Positions 25,190 to 35,009 of a stretch of DNA of 64,000 nucleotides are shown in pieces (position 1 is the stretch's first letter; each line of letters opens with the position of its first letter). The stretch spans positions 38,863,209 to 38,927,208 of the forward strand of contig NC_068998.1 of NCBI RefSeq assembly GCF_001194135.2, given 5' to 3'. Source of the stretch: Octopus bimaculoides (lineage: Eukaryota). The notes beneath the pieces were generated by a model, which saw nothing but the letters and a program-made list of their open reading frames with translations, searched no databases and was not told the origin of the DNA. The position numbers were made by a program, and so were the translations under genes.

Positions 25190-25350
25190 ATTGTGTGGCT
25201 ATGTGGTAAGAAGCTTGCTTCTCAACCACATGGTTCAGGGTTCAGTCCCACTGCATGGCACCTTGGGCAAGTGTCTTCTACTATAGCTTCAGGCTGACCA
25301 AACCCTTGTGAGTGGATTTGGGAGACAAAAACTGAAAGAAGCCTGTTGTA

Positions 25351-25403
<53 letters not shown>

Positions 25404-25650
25404 ATATATATATGTATACATTCATGTGTGTGTGTGTATGTCTGTGTTTGTACCCTTGCCATCGCTTGACAACTGATGCTGGTGTATTTACATCCCTATA
25501 ACTTAGCAGTTCACCAAAAGAGACTAATAGAATAAGTACTAGGCTTACAAAGAATAAGTCCTGGGATCAATTTCTTCGATTAAAACCCTTTCAGGTGGTG
25601 CTCTAGCATGGCCACAGTCAGACGGCTGAAACAAGTAAAAGAATAAAAGA
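25190..25650 (+). mobile_element. CORE-type SINE
   Basis: Same family, full length. Confidence 0.85.
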
Positions 25651-25714
25651 TGTTGCTGGTTCATTCTCAGTTAGACAAAACCAGCAGTTACATTACTGGA
25701 GGGCATTCATTTAA

Positions 25715-25897
25715 CCCAACCATATCAGGCCCAGATATTTTGCCTGTTTTATGTCCAAAGAGGCCAGATTCAGCCTCTTACACCTACCCTACAATGTCAT
25801 TCTAAAAATAAACAGGCATGAGATAATATAGGATTAATTCAAAACAATGTGAAATGCACTGCATTGCATTTGACTGAGTAATTTGAATGTTGAATGG
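25715..25897. mobile_element. TTAA-flanked piggyBac-like MITE (diverged)
   Basis: TTAA at 25711-14 and 25898-25901; internal homology to 3585-3792. Confidence 0.65.
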
Positions 25898-26029
25898 TTA
25901 ATCTCTGAGTTTCCGGACAAACTGGGACGGAGATTAAGAGTTTTCTCCATTTCTTAAACTAAATAAGTGGAAATGAGCACAACTCCCAAGTAACAAGTAA
26001 CAATGGAATGAATTACAAATTGCTACTCA

Positions 26030-26488
26030 ATTTGTATGTATGTGTGTGTGTATGTATGCATGAATGCATGCATGCATGCATGCATGCATGCATGCATGCA
26101 TGTATGTATGTATGTATGTATGTATGTATGTATGTATGCATGCATGCATGTATGTATGCATGCATGTATGTATGTGTGTATGAATGTATGAATGTATGTA
26201 TGTATGTATGTATGTATATGTGTGAGTGAATGTATTTATGTTTGTATGTATACATGTATGTGTGTATGTGTGTGAGTGTGAATGTATTTATGTGTGTATN
26301 NNNNNNNNNTATATGTGTGTATATGTATGTCTATGTTTGTGCATGTATGTATGTATCTATGTATGTATGCATGTGTATGTATATATATGCATATATATAT
26401 ATATGTATGTTAATATGTACACATGTTTGCATCCATTGTATGTATGTGTATATGTATTATCCCAAACACATACACACATATGTATACA

Positions 26489-26549
<61 letters not shown>

Positions 26550-26597
26550 TAGCCCAACAGAATTGCTTCTTCTTGTATTTGTTGCTCCATTCTCCAC

Positions 26598-26635
<38 letters not shown>

Positions 26636-26913
26636 ATGTATGTATATGTATATACACACATACACACATATAAACATTTATCTTACTATGAAATCAAAGA
26701 AATATCCAAATGAGATAATTAACTGAGGTGGTAGGGAGATGGGAGCGGGCAGAGATATTATGGGTTAAATACACTTTAATACAAACAGCAAAATTGCACT
26801 TTGAAGAAGAAACAAAAGAATCGGAGCTGTAAACTAGCAGAAAGAATATAGTTGTATTTTTCACAAAAAACAACTGTATTTATTATTATTATTATTATTA
26901 TCATCATCATCAC

Positions 26914-26944
<31 letters not shown>

Positions 26945-27270
26945 GAAATTGATTGAACACAATATTAATAACATAAAATAACATAAAAATATAAATAGAT
27001 AAGGAATCAATATTAAAACTGTTTAACGAAATGGGATTACATTTTATGATAAAAATAAGAGTAATGTGCAAGATGTGTATGTGTATACATGCGTATGTAT
27101 GTGTGTATGTATGTGTGCGTGCGAGTGTATGTATGTGTGCAAGTATGTATGTATGCCTATATGTGTGTATGCAAGCATGCATGTACATATGTATATATGC
27201 ATGCATATATGTATGTATGTAGGTATGTATATATGCATGTATGTATGTGATCGTGCATAGGAACACGCGC

Positions 27271-27301
<31 letters not shown>

Positions 27302-27311
27302 NNNNNNNNNN

Positions 27312-27352
<41 letters not shown>

Positions 27353-27680
27353 TATATATATGTATATATATATAAATATACATGTATATATATCTATATG
27401 TGTATGTGTGCTTGTGTATGCATGTATATGTAAATTTATGTAGAGTACATATGTATATATTTATAATATATGTGTGTGTGTGTGAGTGTGAGTGTGTGTG
27501 TATTTGTGAGTGTGTGTGTATTTGTACGTGTGTGTATCTGTATGTATGTATGTATGTATGTATGTATGAGTACATAAATGTATGTACGTGTGTATGTATA
27601 TATATATAGATGCATACACACACACACACACACAAGCACACACACACACACAAGCACACACACACACACACACACACATA
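26030..27680. repeat. Large compound microsatellite block (TATG, TGCA, TA, TG, CA)
   Basis: Direct reading; two 10-N gaps. Confidence 0.95.
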
Positions 27681-27881
27681 CGTTTTTATTATTAGATTAT
27701 AATCATAAATTTTATAACACTTGACTCAATTAATATGAGAAATCAGAAAATTGTATTTCTTGAAAACTCAATTTCTTTGTTTCACTTATTCCTTCCTTCC
27801 TTCCTTCTTTCATATTTTTTCTCCTTTTTCTTCTTCTTCTTCTTTCCTACTCTCTTTTTTTCCTTCTTTCTTTCTCTTTCT

Positions 27882-27917
<36 letters not shown>

Positions 27918-28893
27918 TCTCGCTCTCTTTGCACAAAAGTACATAGATTAAGAAAAATAAAGAAAAATAATAATAATAATAATAATAAAAATAAAGAAAT
28001 GCGAAACAAGACCATAATGCAATTTGCTTAAATAGCAATAACTTTTTATATTAAATTTACGACTGAAACATTCACATCTTCTAAACTGTACCAATGGTAG
28101 TACAAAGGAGATAAGCTTGTTTCCAAAATACAGCAATCCGCAAGGAAAAAGCAGATGTGTGAAATAATGCAATTATTCGATTAGTGAGATTCCCAACTCG
28201 AGCTGGCTTGGCACATTTCGAAAATGTTTGATTAGCAAACTTATTTTGAGCTGCCTACATGGAGCTGTAGCTATCATTCTTTCCATTTTAAAATTTATCA
28301 GCCACAATTAGAAGTGCAAAGCCTCTCGGCTCTTCAGTATTTGTTGAACCTTTGCGTATGCACGGATCCAAGAGGTCACAGTCACCTTTGTTGTATGATA
28401 GTTGGGTATTGGTTCAAGTCGTGTGTTGTGTGCATTCTGTGTGTGTGTGTGAGTGGTTAGTGAATGAGTATACAAATGCACTGTGGCAGCTTTTCGACGT
28501 TGACTTGATGGATGTTGTGTGTATATGCAGATTAAATAGAAACATTGAGTAAATAGACACAGTGGGTATATATGTTGAGTCGATTGTCACTATCTTTTAC
28601 TAGATTCGGTCATTAGATTGTGGCCATGCTGGGGCACAAATCAGCTCTAGTACTTTTCTCTTTAAGTCTGATGCTTATTCTATTGGCCCCCTTTTCTGAA
28701 CTGCTGAGTTAAGAGGCTGAAAAGAAACCAAAACCAGTTGTCAAGTGGTGATAGAGGAAAAACACAGATACAAAGACAGACAGACATGGACATACACAAA
28801 CACATGCACACACACACACACACACACACAATGGCCTTCTTCCAGTTTCCTTCTACCAAATCCATTCACAAGGTTTTGGTTGGCCTGAGGTTA

Positions 28894-29286
28894 TACTCTT
28901 TTACCCTTTTACTTGTTTCAGTCATTTGACTGTGGCCATGCAGGAGCACCGCCTTTATTCAAGCAAATCGACACCAGGACTTATTCTTTGTAAGCCTAGT
29001 ACTTATTCTATCGATCTCTTTTGCCGAACCGCTAGGTTACGGGAACATAAATACAACAGCATTGGTTGCCAAGCGATGTTGGGGCGACAAACACAGACAC
29101 ACAAACATATACATACATATATACGACGGGCTTCTTTCAGTTTCCATCTACCAAATCCACTCACAAGGCTTTGATCGGCCCGAGGCTATAGTTGAAAGAC
29201 ACTTGCCCAAGGTACCACGCAGTGAGACTAAATCCAGAACCATGTGGTTTGTAAGCAAGCTACTTACCACAGCCACTCCTACACCC
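28894..29286 (-). mobile_element. CORE-type SINE, full length
   Basis: Same family. Older copies are adjacent at 28600-28890 and 29290-29390. Confidence 0.9.
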
Positions 29287-31999
29287 ATATATATAGTAGA
29301 AGATACTTGCACAAGGTGCAATGCAGGTGGACTGAACATAGATCCATGTGGATGGGGCGCAAGCTTCTTACCACACGCTCACAACTGTGCCTGTCACGTA
29401 GCCATCATCCATAGCTGTTGAGTGAAAAGATACAGTGTTCCTATCTAAAGAATCAGTGTTTTGCTAACATGTTGGCTAAACATGTTTGCATGGAGATGTT
29501 GACTAAGTAGACAGTGTGAACAAGTTGACTCAGTATAGACACAGAGTGTAGATGTTGACTATAGAGACACAGACATTAAGATATTGGCTTCAAATATTGG
29601 CACAAAACCAGCAATTTCGGGGAAGTGGGTCAGTCAATTACATCGATCCCAGTGTTTGATTGGTACTTATGTAAGCAACACCCGAAAGGATAAAAGGTGA
29701 AATCAATCCCAGCAGTATTTGAACACAGAACGTTAAGCCAGGTGAAATGCTGCTAAGTATTTTGTCTTGCATGGTAACAATTCTGTCAGCTCACCGTCTT
29801 ACAGTGTGTGGATCATCGTCATCATTTAACGTCCATTGTCAATGCTGGCATGGGTTGGATGGTTTGACTAGAGCTGGCAAGCTGGAAGGCTGCACCAGCC
29901 TCTAGTCTAATTTGGCATGGTTTCTATGGCTGGATGCTCTTCCTAACGCCAACCACTCCGAGAGTGTAATAGGTGCTTTTCTGTGCCACCAGCACAGGTG
30001 CCATTTGTGTGACACCAGTACCTGCCATCACTGTGATTTTACTTGGCTTCATGGGTCTTCTTTTCATGCACAACATAATGCCAAAGATCTCGGTCATTGC
30101 CTCCATGGGGCCCAACACTCAAAAGGAGTTTTCCATGTGCCACCGGCATCAACCACTTAGCCTCAATGAGGCCCAACGTTCAAAAGGTGCTTTTTATGTG
30201 CCATCGGTTTCAAATTTTGATACAAGGCCAGAAACTCTGGAGGATGAGGGGGTAAGTTGATTACATCAACCCCAGTATTCAAATGGTCCTTATTTTGCCC
30301 ATGCTAACGACTCTGCCAGTTCACTACGTTCAATATTGTACATATTGATTTCAATTTTTGGCTTACTAATAATAACAATCATTGTAATAATAATAATAAT
30401 AATGGTTTCAAATTTTGGCACATAGCCAGCAATTTCAGAGGAGGGAGTAAGTCAATTACACTGACCCCCCCCCCCACCAGTGCTCAACTGGTACTTATTT
30501 TATCAATTCCAAAAGGACGACAGGTAAAGTCCACCTTGGCGGAATTTGAACTCAGAACATATAGACAGACAAACTGATGCTAAGCATTTTGCTTGGCATG
30601 CTAATGATTCTTATTTCTTTATTGCCCACAAGGGGCTAAACATAGAGGGAATTAAACAAGGACAGACAAAGGGATTAAGTCGATTACATCGACCCCAGTA
30701 TGTAGCATCTTAAGTTTCAGGGCCCCAATATTGTGGATCCACCACTGGGTATCCGGTTCACAGCCATAAGGACAGGAATGTGTCCTTGAGCAAGAAGCTT
30801 TATTTCATGCTGCTCCTGTCCACTCAGCTAGCAAAAATGAGTAGCACATGTATTTCAAAGGGCCAACCTTGTTACATTCTGCGTCACACTAAATCACCCT
30901 GAGAATCATGTTAAGGGTACATGTGTCTGCAGGAGTGCTCAGCCACTTGTAAGTGAATTTCATGAGCAGGCTGTTCAGTTGGCCAATTCAACCAGAACCC
31001 TTGTCATCGTAAGTGACAGAGTACCAATTTTAGAGTACTCTCAGAGTGGTTGGCGTTAGGAAGGGCATCCAGCTGTAGAAACTCTGCCAGATCAGATTGG
31101 AGCCTGGTACAGCCTTCTGGCTTGCCAGTCCTCAGTCAAATCGTCCAACCCACGCTAGTATGGAAAGCGGACATTAAACAATGATTAAACAATATACAGT
31201 GTACATGTTCAGAGGCTAGACACTGTGCACAGATGTTTATGAAACCTTTAGTGTTCAGACTACTCTGTCAGCTGTTATGCATATTTTGAATTTATCCTGC
31301 ATTATTTTGTATCCCTGAGATTTCAATGATGTGATTGTTTACGTTCAAAATTACATAAACACTGCAGATGTTGACTAAGTAAGTAGCATGCAAATATTGA
31401 ATATTTAAATAGTGTTCATATTTTTAATGTAAAATACAAGCATCATCATCATCATCATAATCATTGTTTAACACCTTTTACGCTGGCATGGGTCGGACAG
31501 TTTAACAGGAGTTGGATAGGTAGAAAACTATGCCAGGTTACTGTGTCTGTTTTGACATGGTTTTTATGGCCGGATGCCCTCCCTAACACCAACTGACCTG
31601 CAGAGTGGACTGAGTAATTTTTATGTGGCACCAACACATAAAAAGCACTCAGTCATCATCATCATCATCATCGCAGTATGCAGCTAGTACTTATTTTATC
31701 GATCTCCCCAAAAGAACAAAAGGCAAAGTCACCCTCAACAGAATTTGAACTCAGAACGTAAAGACAGACAAAATGCCACTAAGCATTTTGCTCGGTGTGC
31801 TAATGGCTCTGCTTGCTTGTCACCTTGTAGTGTGTATATATTGAGTGTATATATAGAAAAGTATGTAGATTATGAGCGGTTACATAAATACAGTGTATAA
31901 ATTTTGATTGGGTAGACACAATGTTATATTTTAACTGGTTAGATATATTCAGTGTGTAGAAGTTGGCCGACTAAGAATGATATACCCAAGGTACATTAA

Positions 32000-32408
32000 C
32001 CCTTTAGCACCCAGATTACACTCTCAAATGTAATGCTTATTTACTCACATTGTTCTGAATGAACCATGCATTATCTTGTAGCTTTGAGATTTCAATGACT
32101 TGATTGTTTATTTTTACAATGACATTGCAGGGTAGGTGTCAGAGCCCTGATCTGGCCTTTTTGATCATAAAACAGGTAAATTATTTAACCCTTTAGCATT
32201 CAGATTAATTTGTCAAAAGTAATCCTTATTTATTCACATTTAAAAAAATTTATCTGATATTATTTTGTAGCTTCAAGATAGGAAAGATGTAATTGCTTAT
32301 TTTTAGAATGACATTGCAGGGTAGGTGTGAGAGGCTGGTTCTGGCCAGTTTGAGCATAAAATGTGTAGAATATTTGGGCCGGATACAGCCAGTTTAAACA
32401 CTAAAGGG
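32000..32408. mobile_element. Tandem pair of piggyBac-like MITEs (truncated copy plus full copy)
   Basis: TTAACCCTTTAGCA at 31996 and 32185; CTAAAGGGTTAA ends at 32412. Confidence 0.8.
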
Positions 32409-32979
32409 TTAAGGTAGATATGGCTGGGTGCTTAAGGAGTGAATAAGTACCAATTTGGGCTTTGAAAGGAGAGTTGTCAAAAAAAGAAGTGTTTGAAGAA
32501 TTGGTTAATCTTTGACTTCTGGAATACTTTCAGAAAAATAAAGAATGAACCTCAGTAAAAGTTTATATTTTCTCAAAATTTCTCTCTCCATAAATGTCTG
32601 AGGTATTTTTTTCATCTTCTAGATAACTGAAGTTTATAAAAAAATATTATAAATGGTAATTTAGTTACCAATGCATAAAAAAAAAAAAAGAAAAACAGTA
32701 ATGAGTTTAAAAATGTTCTAGTGCTTCGTGTTGCTAAACAATTTTCTCATGCAGAAATAATTTATTATTCCTGTCAAAATTTATTTCCTTTTTTTTTCAG
32801 TTTTTTTTTTTTTTTTTTTCCATAAAAAGCATAACTTTCTACTAAATTTCTTTCCATGGCTGATATAAAACTCACTACTTTTCATTTTAATTTTATTGAA
32901 TTGTATTCTCAACCAATCTCGACTTTTATTTCCAATTCTAAAATTGCTATTTTTTCACACAGATCTGTACTTTTCCCTG

Positions 32980-33220
32980 AGAATTATATTTTACAAACAG
33001 CGCTATATTTTTCACAGAGTGCCATATTTTTCACAGAGTGCCATATTTTTCACTAAGAATTATATCTTTCAGTAAAAGCTATATTTTACAAACATAGCTA
33101 TATTTTTTTTCTTTTTTACACAGAGCTGTATTTTTCACTGGAAATTATATCTTTCAATTAGAACTATATTTTACAAACAAGCCTATATTTTTCTCACAGG
33201 CCTATACTTTTCCCTGAGAA
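32980..33220. repeat. Degenerate ~20-bp minisatellite
   Basis: (GC)TATATTTTTCACAGAG units; resumes at 33655-33710. Confidence 0.65.
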
Positions 33221-33736
33221 CTCATCATCATTATCATCATCATTTTAAAATCTACTTTTCCATCTTTTCATGGGTCAGAAGGAATTTGTTGACGAAGATT
33301 TTCTGTAGCTGGATGCCCTTCCTGTCACCAACCTGTCTCCAAGCAAGGTAATATTTCCCCACAGCCAGATGTGTTTCCACGGAATATTGGAAATGAATGA
33401 CACCGCTTGTATAACAGTGACACGCATTTACAATAAACACATGAACGCAAAACAGGAAGACATCAAAATACACATATATACAATACACACTATGGGCTTC
33501 CACACAGTTTCTGCCTACAAAATTCACTCACAAAGTATTGGTCTGCCTGAAGTTATAGTAGAAGACACTTGTCCAAGGTGCCATGCAGTAGGACTGAACT
33601 TGGAATCACATGGTTGGAAAACAAGCTTCTTAACCACAGAGCCACACCTGCACCAAGCTATATATTTTCACAGAGAACTACTTTTCTCCGAGAGTTATAT
33701 CTTTAAATGAAAAGCAAACTTTTTCACTCAAGTGAA

Positions 33737-33951
33737 TTCTTTTCTACTCTAGACACAAGGCCTGAAATTTTGAGGAGGGGCATGTCAGTTGATTAGATCG
33801 ACCCCAGTATGCAACTGGTACTTAATTTATTGACCCTGAAAGGATGAAAGGCAAAGTCGACCTCGGCGGAATTTGAACTCAGAGCGTAAAGATGGACAAA
33901 CTACCGCTAAGCATTTCAACCGGTGTGCTAACATTTCTGCCAGCTCACCGC
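33737..33951 (-). mobile_element. Second SINE family with a 15-bp TSD
   Basis: TTTCACTCAAGTGAA at 33722-33736 and 33952-33966. Confidence 0.9.
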
Positions 33952-34338
33952 TTTCACTCAAGTGAAGGCACCACCTTCAAGGGTTTTCAGTCAAACAAAT
34001 TGACCCGAAGACTTTTTTTTTAACACCTATTATTTATTCTATTTGGTCTCTTTTGCAGAACCGCTAAGTTACAGAAACATAAACACACCAACAGTTGTCA
34101 AGCAGTCATGGGGGACAAACAGAGACACAAAGACACACACACACACACACACATACTTATATTCAGTTAAGTTTATGGCCATTCAAGTTTATGGTTTCGT
34201 ATCCATAAAGGGCCTGGCCCTATGAATGGCTTGTCCAACTCTAAAGCCAAACACATATATAACTCTTCAACTGTTGGAGGCAAGAATCCATTACGGTCAG
34301 TTAGTATATATTAGTGCGCATGTATAAATATATATATA

Positions 34339-34470
34339 TTAAAGTAATACAGTTAATGTCTGGTCATAGAGTGACCAATGGACTAGAGTCTGATGAGTCA
34401 TCCGCGAAGCTACAGCCTTTGTGGATGCAAAGCCATTGGTCACTCTATGACCAGATATTAACTTTATTAC
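34339..34470 (+). mobile_element. Hairpin element with ~40-bp inverted arms enclosing a degenerate hammerhead motif (host of the palindromic insert; its right arm resumes at 35010-35028)
   Basis: 34343-34381 is the near-perfect inverse of 34433-34470. TTAAAGTAATACAGTTAAT (34339-34357) is matched by ATTAACTTTATTACTTTAA (about 35011-35029) on the far side of the insert. Confidence 0.7.
34384..34447 (+). ncRNA. Degenerate type I hammerhead ribozyme with long stem II
   Basis: Stem I TAGAGT (34384-89)/ACTCTA (34442-47) is perfect. CTGATGA is at 34390-96 and stem II (GTCATCCGC...GTGGATGC) at 34397-34428. AAAG replaces GAAA. Stem III is CCATTGG and the GTC triplet is at 34439-41. Confidence 0.55.
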
Positions 34471-34753
34471 AGTTCTATATTTAAGAGATGAGGAATTATT
34501 TACATTTGATGGATATTTGTCCTCATCTTATTTGCTGTTAACACGTTTCGGCTGATATACCCTCCAGCCTTCATCAGGTGTCTTGGGGAAATTTCGAACC
34601 TGGGTTCTCATTCCTAAGGTATTTTTCGATGTCATTATTATTATTATTATTATTATTACTATTATTATTCAGGTCACTGCCTGGAATTAAACTCAGAATC
34701 TCGGGGTTAGTAGCCTGCGCTCATAACCACTATGCCACTACGCCATATGCCCA
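34471..34753 (-). mobile_element. Non-autonomous tRNA-headed, hammerhead-containing retroelement; left (full-length) arm of a head-to-head palindrome
   Basis: Reverse complement of 34754-34999 with few differences, plus the extra tail ...ATAATTCCTCATCTCTTAAATATAGAACT. It reads A/B-box head, (AAT)n, then GACAC-CTGATGA-AGGCTG..CAGCC-GAAAC. The same architecture recurs at 60054-60321. Confidence 0.85.
34538..34582 (-). ncRNA. Hammerhead motif of the left arm, cleavage triplet apparently deleted
   Basis: Minus strand reads GACAC-CTGATGA-AGGCTGGAGGGTATATCAGCC-GAAAC-GTGTT. Stem I (GACAC/GTGTT) is intact but there is no NUH triplet between GAAAC and stem I'. Confidence 0.65.
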
Positions 34754-35009
34754 TGGGCATATGGCGTAGTGGTTAAGAGCGCAGGCTACTAACCCCAAGA
34801 TTCTGAGTTCGATTCCAGGCAGTGACCTGAATAATAATAATAATAATAATAACAACAACAACATCGAAAAATACCTTAGGAATGAGAACCCAGGTTCGAA
34901 ATTTCCCCAAGACACCTGATGAAGGCTGGAGGGTATATCAGCCGAAACGTTGTTAACAGCAAATAAGATGAGGACAAATATCCATCAAATGTAAATAATG
35001 TAATTAATG
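34754..35009 (+). mobile_element. Same element; right arm of the palindrome (3'-truncated)
   Basis: A box TGGCGTAGTGG 34762-34772, B box GTTCGATTCC 34807-34816, (AAT)n/(AAC)n about 34830-34862, HHR core 34916-34947. The 15-bp direct repeat TATTAACTTTATTAC at 34456-34470 and 35010-35024 brackets the whole insert. Confidence 0.85.
34911..34955 (+). ncRNA. Minimal type I hammerhead ribozyme motif (Penelope-like), stem I partly eroded
   Basis: GACAC-CTGATGA-a-GGCTG(gagggtatat)CAGCC-GAAA-C-GTT-GTT. Core CUGAUGA and GAAA are present, stem II is 5 bp, and stem III is the palindrome ACGT. The copy at 63.5 kb has the longer TTGTGTT junction that would complete stem I. Confidence 0.7.

Noticed and set aside
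34755-34829. tRNA gene (apparent ACT anticodon)
   Set aside because: Acceptor and T stems pair poorly, there is no oligo-T terminator, and it is followed by (AAT)n and an element body. It is a tRNA-derived head.
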